From NCBI RefSeq assembly GCF_001194135.2, contig NC_068995.1:50092852-50156851 (forward strand): a stretch of DNA of 64,000 bases, read 5' to 3'. Source of the DNA: Octopus bimaculoides (lineage: Eukaryota). A program made the position numbers and the translations under genes. This document shows, in pieces, positions 1-11,607 of this stretch; within the stretch, counting starts at the first letter, position 1, and each line of letters begins with the position of its first letter. Below the pieces are notes generated by a model. That model did no database searches, was not told the origin of the DNA, and was given only the letters and a program-made list of their open reading frames with translations.

Positions 1-119
1 TTTACAAATAAAAAAAAAATTCAGATGTAAAGTATGTTTGGCATTTTTCTCATATCAGTTAACAAAGACATGTAGTACTTTCGTTTTTCTATACGAGGCG
101 GTACCATGGCTAGTGAGGT

Positions 120-268
120 AATTTTGAGGCGTGGCTATTGTTTATTGAAAGCTATATATCTTTTAATAGCACTTTCGATTATCTGCTCTTACATTCCTCA
201 CTCGATTTGTAAACATTTATTCGAAATTTGCGCCAGAACACACACATACGCAAAAATATATATTGCAG
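120..268 (+). ncRNA. Cassette 1 candidate non-coding exon (5' part degenerate)
   Basis: 20-mer at 179-198; donor CAG|GTGAGT with GT at 269-270; the GGAATG arm is absent; 5' boundary approximate. Confidence 0.4.
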
Positions 269-1099
269 GTGAGTAGAGATTCAGTCACTTCTATTTAAGC
301 CTTGATCTCAAATTTGCTCGTAAATTCATAATAAACATAACTTTTGATGCAGTTTTCTGTGTCCATATTCAACTAATTGGATTTTTTGTCTCTTAAAATG
401 TATATACAGTATGTTATCTGCATACTGCAGATAACATGTCTTTAGATATTTAGGTGATTCGAGATTCACTGAGTCAATCAAACTAAACCACTTTGTATAA
501 TCTGTAGGAAAGAAGCGTATTACGAATTATTATCTGTAATATATTTCTTCCAAAAAGCTGGTATTGATCAAATATTTAGGTGTTTCACATTGAGAGATGA
601 CATTTTATAAGTGCAATTTTGATATAAATCTCACTTTCCTTCGCGTTTTAATTGGTTATACTATTTTATGCACTTGAGATACAGAAGACCTGGTATCGAT
701 GTTAAAACAGGTGAGTGATGATGACTAGATCATGGTTTAAAAATATTAAAAAAACATTCAAGTTGAGTTTATGATTACATATAACATGTTCTCTACTTTT
801 ACGTATCTGTTTGCATCTACCTAACAGGGCATTTTCTTTCTACTATTTAATTCTTAGTTCGGTTTATATACTGTTTATGCGGCTGTGTGAGTGTACTCGT
901 TTTGATAAACTACAGAATACAATTTCTCTGCTATTTTTGACTTTTAGAGTCGATTTAACTTCAATTCATAAAATTTGCTGGCAAAGTGAATTCTAGATGC
1001 AAACTGCATGCGAATATATAAAATTATAACTATTTTCAGTCGACTCTAGTGTCCCACAACGTTCACTTTCTATCTCCCGTCCTCTTCCTTCTAAACACA

Positions 1100-1510
1100 A
1101 AGGACTTGTTGCCATATTCAACAGCGCCTGTGCTTATGCAAATGACACGGTCCTTTACTCATCTTTAACCTTCCTTAACTGTGCATCATCCACGCGCCAA
1201 ATTTGCATTGAACGTAAGCGAAGACCCTAAAGGCATCCTGCTGTAGGATCGTGGCCAACATTTTCGTTTTTAACAGTAAAATCTCAAGTGTTACTCATAT
1301 AAAGAAAACACTAGCACACAGCAACACTCAGCTGGAGCCTTCATAGTCGCTCCAAATTTTGGACCTCAATATCATTGAAATTCTCTCCTGGTGAAAGAAT
1401 GTCTTTAGCATAGCTAGGACATACATCCCAAAGATTGTACTTTGGTCTTCAAGGCCAGAAAATATTTCACTTCCCGACAACTATTGACATTCTGTCTACA
1501 ATGCTCCTCT
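1100..1510 (+). mobile_element. Degenerate non-LTR retrotransposon RT fragment (Jockey/CR1-like)
   Basis: Manual translation gives CAYANDTVLYSS (YADD-like motif) near 1130 and FKARKYFTSRQLLTF near 1450, both typical of LINE ORF2. Confidence 0.5.
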
Positions 1511-1854
1511 GAAATGGATGAAGTCACATGTATAAAGCTTGTATATATGTGGCCATGTAATTTTTGAAGTTATTTGTGTTTTACGAATTAAACAAGACAA
1601 AAATGTTCTGCATATAGTTCGCAAACTTTTCTATATAGTGGTTGTTTTCCAGTTGATAAGGCAGCTCCCCATCGGATAACAGTGGGGATTGAATTAACAC
1701 CCACTGTGAAATTTAGACTGGGAGTTTGCGACTGTAAATCTACTATAGGAAGTTAATATCTGAGAGGAGCAGTTCACAAGGGTGGCGTGTCAGGATTAAT
1801 ATCGATTGAATCATACAATTATACGATTAATAAAAGTTATCTCATATCAAAGTC

Positions 1855-2020
1855 AATTATTGAGAGTTATTGACGCATCACAAACTATTGATTTGTGAAG
1901 CGAGAATGGAATGCGGAAATCAAATAGCTTAGCAACAGTCTACAAGTTACCTGCTCTTACATTCCTAACTTGTTTTGTAATCACTTATTCTAAATCGGCA
2001 AGAGGACGAATTCAGCCGTA
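1855..2020 (+). ncRNA. Cassette 2 candidate non-coding exon (no donor at the homologous position)
   Basis: TCAATT Inr-like site ~1853-1858; GGAATG arm; 20-mer variant at 1947-1966; lower stem 1890-1904 pairs with 1969-1982. Confidence 0.4.
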
Positions 2021-3433
2021 TCAACATTCTACAGAGTTTCAGTCTGAAATTTGAGATCAGTTTACAATTTGATATAACTTGCTCTCCTCATTTTGTATAT
2101 CTACTTCCACCTTACAGGTTAATTTAATTTCTTCTTAAATAATTTTCTATGCAATCTATGGATTGTTTATGGCCTGTGAGTGTACACGTGTTGATCCGCT
2201 CTTACATTCCTAACTTGTTTTGTAATCTGAGTGGACTGTAGCAGCGTCAAATAAAGTGTCTTGCTCAACGACAGAGTATTTTCAATGTGACAGAATATTT
2301 TTCACAACTGTTCATAGAAAATATAAATTGATCCTAAACTAAACAAATTCTAAATTAATCTGTAGCTGTGTTAGCATTTCGGTTTGTAATTTTCCGTTAA
2401 CTTGTGAATGCAATTAGTTTATGAATTTTGACTATTGAATTTTTCAAAATTCAAGATTTCTGTCTTTGCTTTATGGTTTATTCAGAACGAATGACTTACG
2501 TTTGATCTTCGCAGATCCTCTGCCTTATTTCAATTTCTATCAGTTACAGACTGCTGAAGTATTCACGAAGAACAAAATGCATTTTTTAAATATTAGTTGG
2601 CAAATGCGTACATTTTCATTTCATGTGTTTTATTGTCTCTTTTTATAATATAATCATGGGAAGATATAAAGCTACACAGTTTATAATTAACGTCTTTCTG
2701 TATCCATATTTTGGTCAGTTAGAGAATAGTCAATTGGGATCCAATAAGTGAATTTTAATTGCTTCACCTTCTAAAATCTATATGAAAAGAGAATTCTATA
2801 ACCTATAAACATTTGTGTTGTCTTTCCAATAATTTGTGGTACCAAAATATTTAGATATTTCGCATTGGTTTACAATATTTTGTCGGTATACTGTCGATAT
2901 CAATCTAGATTAAAGATGAGAAAATTTCTTTCCTATTTCTCCATACAAATTTAAAATGAACATTTTATCGAATGAATCAGTATTTGTATGTTCATTGTGT
3001 TGCCGTCAGAAATATTCCATTGTCTTCTGAGGTATACTACGTGTGTAAACATCGTTTACAACATTTTGCAAAGAAGTGTCGAAAGCTATTTATATGCTTT
3101 AAAAATAACAAGATTAAAGTGAGTTTTGCATCTATCTTACTAATGTTTGTTTGTGGTGATTTTACTGAAGCTATAGCGGCCCCCACCACTGAGCGACTTT
3201 TGTACATTCTGATAAACAGTCGTATTGTACAGAGAAAATTTGCCGCGACAATCAGTACGTCAAAATATTGCGTAACACCCAACCTGAAATCTAAACCGTA
3301 TACTAGTAATCGTGTTTTTCTCTGTCTGTGTTAAATGGACTTGAGAGCAATGAGGTACCGCTAAGCATGTCAGGCCTGATATCGTTTAAATCATAATGTT
3401 GTACTATGAATTAAGTTATTATATATTAAAATC

Positions 3434-3601
3434 AATTATTATGAGGTATTCATCTATGATCGACAACTGATTTGTGGAACGGGAATGGAATGTTTATGTC
3501 ATCATAGTTTATGGAAAGCCCGTAGTTGTTGAGGAGTTATCTGCTCTTACATTCCTAACCCGTTTTGTAATCATTTATTCTAAATCGGCGTCACATAACA
3601 G
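3434..3601 (+). ncRNA. Cassette 3 candidate non-coding exon
   Basis: TATGAAT at 3405, TCAATT Inr-like A at 3434 (29 bp later), hairpin 3469-3572, 20-mer at 3537-3556, donor CAG|GTGAGT at 3602. Confidence 0.55.
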
Positions 3602-3681
3602 GTGAGTGAAACTTGGATCAAAACTCTACGAACATTTTGTCTGAAATTTAAGATAAATTTATAGTTACATATAACTTGTTT

Positions 3682-3734
<53 letters not shown>

Positions 3735-4738
3735 TTCTCTCTCTTTCTCTTTTCACCATGCAGGATAATTTGTTACTTCTTAAATAATTTTCTGTACAAC
3801 CTATGTATTGTTTATATTGCTGTTTGGTAAACGTGAGCAAATACTGATAAATTTTCTTTAACTTCTCGATATTTGAATTCCAATGAGTCAATTTAACTCC
3901 ATCAGTTCATGAATTCTGTGTGCAAAGAGAATTGTATGTTAACTACATATGAGTAAATAGAATTATAACCTACTTTGTGTTTAAGTATTTCATATCAAAG
4001 CATAATATATTGTCAATTCCGTGTCAATAAACATCTGACTATTCTAGAATTAAACGACTGTACTATATTATATATATTTGGGGAATGACGGATTAGGAAA
4101 CATTTCTAACCATTTATCATTTGGTGTCATCGATCTAAACTGAATTTTATACCTGATTCTTACATGTTTCGGAAAGAGAATTTTCAATGTGATAATGTTT
4201 TTTTTTTTTGTTTTGTTTTTTTCTTCTTCTGTTCATAGAAAATATAAACTGAATCTCTCAGTAAACTAATATGTAACTGTGTTAGTCTTTCGGTTGATAA
4301 TTTTCCGTTGTTTTGTAGACACAATCATTTTATAAACTTTGGTGAACGATAAATTAAAGAATTTTTCAAAACCCACTATAGTAATCGCGATTCACCTATT
4401 GGGGTTTATTATTTAAGCTTACGTCGATTCCTCCGTGGTGTTGTTTTGCATTAATAATAGAATAAATGTATACAAATTATAAAAATAATTAAAAAAATAT
4501 ACAGTACTGTTTCTACTTCGCGGATTAGAATGTAACACCCTCGATAGTCGAGAGATTACTGTACTTCTGTTTTTGTTTGTATGGTGGAATTGTAACTCTG
4601 GTATTAGCAGATACATTCCCTTTACCTCCTCTTCGTCCATACCAATCTAATTTGACCGTTTTCTTAAATGAATCTGTATTTGTGCAATCTTTGTGTTACC
4701 TTTAGGAAAATTTCGTAGTTTTCTGAGAACGTCTAGAT

Positions 4739-5013
4739 CAGGGGTTTTCAAACTGTGGTCCGCGGACCACAGGGGGTCCGTGGACAGCAAATACTTTTTA
4801 TGGGCAATTTGATTTTATATATGTTTTTTAATCGAAATCTTTTAATTGACAATAAACCTATTTGCTAAATACTGTTAAGTAAATAAATGTAAAAATATAT
4901 GTTATTTTAAGCAAATATTTATGTTTAAATTTCGTAAGCGTTTATAAGGGGGTCCCTAAGGTAAAGTCTGAAATATAAAGGGGTCTGCAAGTTTAAAAGT
5001 TTGAAAACCCCTG
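4739..5013. mobile_element. Non-autonomous hAT (Charlie/Buster-type) MITE
   Basis: Perfect 16-bp TIRs CAGGGGTTTTCAAACT; 8-bp TSD GTCTAGAT at 4731-4738 and 5014-5021 (NTCTAGAN target typical of Charlie/Buster). Confidence 0.9.
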
Positions 5014-5452
5014 GTCTAGATTGTTTGAACTTTTTGTTCAAAACGTTGTAACGTAATTTCTGAAAGTTATTTGTGTGTTTTACTAATTTAAGAAGGCACA
5101 AAAGTTTTGCATCTCGCTTGCTAACGTATGTGATTATGTTCAAGTTGATAAAGTGGTTACTGAAAGCCTTAACCACTGAGCCGTTCACTACAATATGTGA
5201 CAGCGACCACACTCAGCAGCTCTTGTACATTTGTACTTCTAAGAAACATTTTCACTATGTAAAGAAAACCGCAGTCGGAATCGATGCGTCAAAGTATACG
5301 TTAACGTCTAAATTGAAAAGTAGCTCGGATACTTTGTTGAAGTAACTTAACGGCAAAGAGATGTTGTTTAACTGGATGATGTGTTGGGCCCGTTATAATT
5401 TTAATTAAAGTCGGAAAATTGTGATATTGCTAAAATTCATTACAACGAAATC

Positions 5453-5620
5453 AAAACTTAAGAGGTATTGACCAAACACCAACAACTGGAGTATGAAGCG
5501 ATAATGGAATGCGTGTCTGATGTAGGTTTAGAAAGGCTTGCAGTACTTGATGAGTTATCTGCTCTTACATTCCTGTTTCAGTTTCAAAATATTTATTCAC
5601 AATCTCCGTAAGAACACTTC
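5453..5620 (+). ncRNA. Cassette 4 candidate non-coding exon (donor deleted)
   Basis: aatggaatg arm, 20-mer at 5555-5574, lower stem tgaagc/gtttca; the AG|GTRAGT block is missing before ctgaaat. Confidence 0.4.
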
Positions 5621-6846
5621 AAACCACCTCTTTCTGAAATCGAAGTGTAACTTATAATTAAATATTTTCACCGAAAAGGATATCTCCTTTCTCTTAGATA
5701 AATTTATGTACAATCCATCCCTTGTTTATGTGGATGTGTGAGTTTACGCGTTTTCTTCAACTCCAGTAACTTTTCTCTACTATTTTATATATTTGGATTT
5801 CAATGAATCAATTTAGCATCATAAAATCTGTATTAGAAAATATGCGTACTGTACATAAATATATGAAATTTTAGCGAATTTTCTCTCTTTCAAAAGAACC
5901 AATATTAACTAAATATTTGAATATATTTGTATATATATCAATTAAGTCAAAAGCCAATTTTGACAAATATTTAATATTGATTTACAGTATTTTGTTACTT
6001 TAATATTGATAAAAATAATAATAAATAGATGTTCTAGAATTAATCAACCATGTATATGATACATTTGTGGAATGACAGATCTTGAATTGCCGCTAATTAT
6101 TTATCGATCTCTTCAGTCTCAAGCGGGTTCAATACCCATTGTCTCTCAGACATCTCGGAAAGGGAATTTTAAATGATAGATTTTGTTTTCATCGTTGTTC
6201 ATCGGAAATTCATATCGAACATCTTAGTAAATTATTCGGGTAATTGCGTTAGTCTTTCGATTCTTAAGTAAAGGTAATTTATAAATTTAGGTGGAGACTT
6301 TGATGTAAATAATTTTTCAAAGCTTGGTTTCTGTTAATATATGTAAAAATATAAATAAATAAAATATTTAAACATTTCAAACTGAGTTACAATGTCGTTT
6401 TTTTGGTGAAGTGTGGATATAAATATAAACATTATTAATTTGAGTTTCAGTAGGGAGTCGTAAATGTGTGAGAATTTCTTTCCTCTTTGTTCGTACGCTT
6501 TTAATTTCGCTCTCTTACTAAATTCATTTGTAAAGTTTTACTGTTGTAGTACATCTGCTGGAAAAATTCCCTTGTTTTCTGGGTACCACCTACTGTATAT
6601 ACTTTGTATACAATATGGTGCAAAGTAATTATATGCGTTACTAATTGCAAAAGTTAAATAAATAAACCGTGTAAAGAAACAAAACAGTAGAAAGTAACTG
6701 GTCGACAGATTCTGTTCCCGCCTTACAGAAAAGGAACTTCACATCAAGGCGGTGCCATTAAAGTGGGCGGTACCTTAGGCCTGATACCATTTTAATGAAA
6801 GACAGAAGAATCTGCTATAAATAAAAAGTTACTTCATATTCAAATC

Positions 6847-7009
6847 GATTATTGTGAGGTGTTGATTCATCACCAAGTGTTTGTGAAACGAGTATGGAAT
6901 GTACATGAACAATAGCTTTTAGTAATTGACGAGTTATCTGCTCTTACATTCCTGAGTCGGTCCGTAAACGTTTATTCTAAATCTCCAAGAACATCAAATT
7001 GTATCGTAG
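6847..7009 (+). ncRNA. Cassette 5 candidate non-coding exon
   Basis: TATAAATA at 6816-6823, Inr-like TCGATT ~31 bp later, hairpin 6875-6973, 20-mer at 6934-6953, donor TAG|GTGAGT at 7010. Confidence 0.55.
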
Positions 7010-7489
7010 GTGAGTGGAAACTCGTGATTTTTCTTTTTTTAAATTTTTTATTTAAATTCCTCTGAAATTGAAAAATGATTTATGATTACTTGTAACCTAT
7101 TCTCTAAATTTTATGATAGTTATTTTCACCGAACAGAATAATTTCTTTCTCTTAAATACTTTTCTATACCACTTATGTATATTGTTTATGTGGCTGTGTG
7201 GAAGCACATGTTCTGATCAGCTGCAGGTGATATTTTTTTTTCTGTAGATTTCAATGAGTTAATTTAACTTCGTCCATTCATGTAATCTGTCAGCAAAGTA
7301 GGTATACAACTGCATATAAATTGAATTATAACCATTTATACGCTGTTTCTTATAACTAGTCCTCGCCAAATATGTCGATATTTCGTATCGAATTACAAAA
7401 TTTTATCAATTCAATAATGCTCAAAAAAAAAAAAAAAAAGGAAAAAAGATCTAGCTATTCCAGAGTTAATTGACCTAAATGTGCAGTCA

Positions 7490-7790
7490 TTATTGTGTAG
7501 TAAGAAATTTGTTTGCCAACTAAATGGTTTCGGGTTCAGTTCCCTTGCAAGGTACCTTGGGCAAGTTTCTTATACTATGCCTCCGGGCCGACCAAATCTT
7601 CGTGTGTGAATTTAGTAAACTGCAACTGAAAGAAAACCGTCACATGTGCGTGTATGTTTCGCCTGACAGCGAGTGTTTGTTTGTTTGTTTGTTTACGTCA
7701 CCGTAATTAAGCAGTTCGGGAAAAGAGCCCGATAGAATAAGTACCAAACTTTTAAAAAAGTTCTAGGGTCGATTTATTCTTTTAATAATA
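7490..7790 (+). mobile_element. tRNA-derived SINE, family A (CORE-like CCTTGGGCAAGT block), degenerate
   Basis: Same family as copies at 46748, 53975, 60552 (+) and 42890, 47390 (-): gggttcagt(t/c)cc...ccttgggcaagt...ccgaccaaa...gatagaataagtacc. Confidence 0.75.
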
Positions 7791-7804
7791 ATAACAATAA
7801 TAAT

Positions 7805-8040
7805 CCTTTCTACTCTAGGCACAAGGCCTGAAATTGTAGGGGAAGGGGCGAGTAGATTACATCGACTCTAGTGTTTCACTGATACTTAATTTATCGACCT
7901 CGAAAGGATGAAAGGCAAAGTCGACCTCGGCAGAATTTAAACTCAGAACGTAGCGACGCGCGAAATAACCGCTAAGTATCTCATCCAGTGTGTTAACGAT
8001 TCTGCCAGCTCGCCGCCTTAATAATAATAATAATAATCGC
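7805..8040 (-). mobile_element. tRNA-derived SINE, family B
   Basis: Reverse complement reads aaggcggcgagctggcagaatcgttaac...gaggtcgactttgcctttcatcctttcgaggtcgataaattaagta; matches copies at 33610, 35460, 44290, 44500, 62365. Confidence 0.8.
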
Positions 8041-8227
8041 ACCGTGTAAAAATAAAATGCGGTTGGAAACGACGCCTCAATAAACTATTAACGTCCGACC
8101 GGTTCCTAGTAATTGTAATTCTGTTAAGGACTAAAATTGTCGTTTAAGAAGGCGGCATGTTGGCTGTGATATGGTTGTGTTTATGTCATAAAATTGTTAT
8201 CAATATAAGCTACTTTCTATTCAGATC

Positions 8228-8382
8228 GATTACGAAGTATTGATCTGTCACTACCATCTAAGGTGTGGTATTATAGATTAATAAAAGCCCCGTAGTAGTT
8301 GATGAGTTATCTGCTCTTACATTCCTATCTCTGTAAACTTTTATTCTGACTTTCCGAGAGAGAATTTCATATCGTATTGCAG
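8228..8382 (+). ncRNA. Cassette 6 candidate non-coding exon
   Basis: TATCAATA at 8198, TCGATT 30 bp later, perfect 20-mer at 8307-8326, donor CAG|GTAAGT at 8383; GGAATG arm degenerate. Confidence 0.5.
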
Positions 8383-9000
8383 GTAAGTGAAGATTTTATT
8401 CATATTTTTAAAACGTTCCTCTGAAATTGTAGACCAATATATAATTACATATAACTTATTTTTCATTTTTTTTTTCAATTAGCAAGATTGTTTCATTTTC
8501 ATATGATTCCCTATACAAATGTTTGTGTAGTATTGTTTGAGTGTACATGTTTTGATGCTTAGACATTTGAGTGAATTTTATCATCACTTCAGTAAAAAAA
8601 ATTGTATGAAAAGGAAATTAAATATGAACTACATCTTGTCAATTTAATGTTGATTTAGAAAGAAAAAAGAAAAAGAAACTCACGGTACAATGTTATTCAT
8701 TCGTGACATGTAAGAACTATAATCTTAACTTTGTTGTCGTCATCTAAAGAAGATTTGGTATTTCTTTCTTCTGTCGTGTCTGAATAGGAATTTTAAACGC
8801 GATTTCGGGATTGTTCATAGAAAAATGGAATTGAACATCCAAATACATTAATCTGTGTAGGTTGGACAGTATTGCGGTCAAAATTTTCTTGTTTATTTTC
8901 ATATATATGTATGTATATGTATATATATATATATATATACACTTACATACATATATATGAAAATAAACAAGAAAATTTTAACTGCAATACTGTCCGACCC

Positions 9001-9038
<38 letters not shown>

Positions 9039-9355
9039 ATACAATCAACTTATAAACTTTGTTGTAGAATATGCGGTAAATAATTTATCAAATATGAGGT
9101 AAATAATTTATGAAAGCTCCAAATTCCTGTTATTTGATTACGGTTAAATCAAAAGAAAGGAGTTATGCGTACGATTTTTTTAGACCTACATTATTTCGGT
9201 CAGTCGAACTGAGTTATTAGCAAGTGTAATTTTGTAAAGGGAACGCTAGTGCCAGAAACGTTGTAATCTCGCGAGCGACCTGTTGTTGGGCCTGATATCG
9301 TTTTAATTAAAATCAGAAAATATTTCTACTATAAATATATCTAACCCCTGTATAC

Positions 9356-9531
9356 AAATTTATAGTGAGCTCAACAATTACTGATGTGTGAAATATGGAA
9401 TGAGAGAGAAAGTGAGGTATGTTTTAACAAAGCTTTCAGTAGTTCCTTAGTTATCTGCTCCTGCATTCCTGCTTCGATTTTTTAAAGAGTTATTCTCAAT
9501 CTTCAGCAGAACACATCAAATCATATCACAG
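9356..9531 (+). ncRNA. Cassette 7 candidate non-coding exon
   Basis: TATAAATA at 9330-9337, atggaatg arm, 20-mer with 2 substitutions at 9451-9470, donor CAG|GTGAGT at 9532. Confidence 0.5.
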
Positions 9532-10446
9532 GTGAGTGGGGATTCATTTATCTTTTTAAAACATTCTTCTGAAATTGAAGACTATTTCATAATTACATAT
9601 AAGCTAGTCTCTACATTTGTGTGTATAGTTTCTTCTCTTAAATAAACTTCTTTATAACCTTGTTCATATGGATGCGTGAGTACGAACGTTTTCAACTCCA
9701 GATAACTTTTCTTTGATATTTACATATTTGTATTTTAACGAGTCGATTTAATTTCATCACTTCATAAAATCAGTATGCAAAGAAAACAAATGTACGCGAA
9801 TTGCATGTAGATATATAGAATTATAAGAAATTTTATTCCTTCACAAAACTAGTATTAACTAAATTTTTATATTGATTAATCCGAAAATTAGTATTTACGA
9901 AATTTTTTACAAATGATTGGCAATATTTTGTTCATTCGTTATTGATAAAAATCTGGAATTTCTAAAGTTGATTGGCTAGAATAATGTTACATTTCTTCCA
10001 ACATTCGAAGCACTTCAAATTTTCACCAGATTATTTCCAAGAAATGCATAATTAAAGAAGTTACATCAAAGTAGAAAATTTAAAAAAAAAAAGTGGTGGA
10101 AGTTTGAAATGCTTCAAGTGGTTGGAATAAATTTAATATGATCCATTGATTATGCTATTCGATATATTTGTGGAATGCCGGGTTTGGTATTATTGATTAC
10201 AATTTATGGACTTGATATCTTCATCTCAGGAGTATTCAGAACCTAGTCTCTCAGACGTCTCGGATAATGATTCTAAAAGTGGCGGAATTTCTTTCGTAGA
10301 AAATCTAAATTGAACGTCTTAGTAAATTTTTCTGTGATTGGTTAAGTCTTTAGATTGGAAATGTTTGTTGTTTTGTGGATAATCACTTTATAAACATTTG
10401 TGTATTTTTTCAAAGCTCACATTTGTATATCTTCATGTACTTTTTC

Positions 10447-10850
10447 CAGGGACGTGCCGCCTGGGTAGGCAGTGCCTACCCTGCATAAAATAGATCGATA
10501 GTAACATTTTCCTTGTATGGCAAAATACGCACCTAATTCAATTTAATTACGAAGGTTACTCTACTTTGCATAAAATGCAAAATATCTTTTTTTTTTTTTT
10601 TTTGTAGGGTAGGTAGGTATAATTCGCCCCTGTCTTTCAATTTCAGTATTTAAGCCACACATAGTACTGCTGTAGTACACGTACTGCGTACATTCCTACA
10701 ACGTTTTCTTTACGTGCTATAAAAGCAGAAGTAATTCTGCCTCCAACTCAGTCGCGCATCTGTGTTTCGCTTTTTCTTTCTTTTTGCGTGTTTTACTACA
10801 TAAACGTCACCAACTGCCTACCCTGAGTAATTACTGACGGCACATGCCTG
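10447..10850. mobile_element. MITE with imperfect TIRs (probably hAT)
   Basis: CAGGGACGTGCCGCC at the left versus reverse complement CAGGCATGTGCCGTC at the right; internal repeat actgcctaccctg/agtgcctaccctg; flanks actttttc/attttttt resemble a decayed 8-bp TSD; interrupts the array unit. Confidence 0.6.
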
Positions 10851-11428
10851 ATTTTTTTCAAAGCTCAAATTTGTGTTAACCAACATTGTAGATCTAATGG
10901 GCAAAATATCAATATATTTCAAACTGACTCACGGTATTTTGGTTGTACGCTGTTGACCTATTTCTAGACTATACTTATTTAAGTTTCAGCAGGGAATCGT
11001 AAATGTGAGAAAAGTTATTTCATCTTTGTAAAAAAAATTATTTGACCGTTTTACTAAAATTCATCTGTAGTATGGTCTTAGTATTACTGTTAGAAAAGTT
11101 TCATTGTTTTCTGGGTACAACCAGCGTAATAAACTTTGTAAACAACGTAATGCAAAGTAATTTTTGGAAGCAAATTGTATGCTTTACAAATCACTAAAAT
11201 AAAGAAAACTATTCGCACTGCGTAAAGAGCATTGCAGTAGTAAAAGGCTAATTTTCAGATTGTGTTAGCACCCAGTCCGTAATCTCGATCGAGTACTAGT
11301 AACCTGAATCTGGTTAAGGAACATAAAGCCAAAAATGCTGTTAAGCTGGGATGCATGTTTGACCTGATATCGTTTTAATGGAAATCAGAAAATTTTGCTA
11401 TGAATACAAGTCATCTCAGATTCTAATG

Positions 11429-11607
11429 AATTATAAAGATATTGATTATTCACCAACTTCTGATGTGTGAATCGAGAATGGAATGTGTATATCATGTACG
11501 TTAACAAAAGCCTTTAGTACTCGACGAGTTATCTGCTCTTACATTCCTGAATCTCTGTAAGCATTTACTTTAAATTTTTGTGAGAATAACATCAAGTCAA
11601 GTCGGAG
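11429..11607 (+). ncRNA. Cassette 8 candidate non-coding exon
   Basis: TATGAATA at 11399, Inr-like site 30 bp later, gaatggaatgt arm, perfect 20-mer at 11529-11548, donor GAG|GTAAAT at 11608. Confidence 0.5.

Noticed and set aside
5504-5611. Conserved micropeptide (MEC...VLDELSALTFL) encoded by the cassette exons
   Set aside because: Only unit 4 has an open 35-aa frame from ATG through the 20-mer. Units 2, 3, 5, 7 and 8 have early stops or frameshifts, and the substitutions in units 2 and 7 would be non-synonymous.
6894-6953. miR-1 homologue (TGGAATGT on plus; AGGAATGTAAGAG on minus)
   Set aside because: Only the seed-length segment matches miR-1. The rest diverges, miR-1 is a 3p product of a well-paired hairpin, and the G-U pairs argue against a minus-strand fold.
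6930-6957. U2 snRNA variant or C/D-box snoRNA (TATCTGCTCTTA resembles U2 UAUCUGUUCUUA; TGATGA...CTGA boxes)
   Set aside because: Similarity to U2 is limited to 12 nt with no Sm site or other stems. CTGA follows the 20-mer in only two units, and no terminal C box is present.
179-11548. Recurrent 20-mer as a CRISPR-like repeat
   Set aside because: Spacing is 1.1-2.1 kb, the intervening sequences are homologous to each other, there are no cas genes, and the context is eukaryotic.
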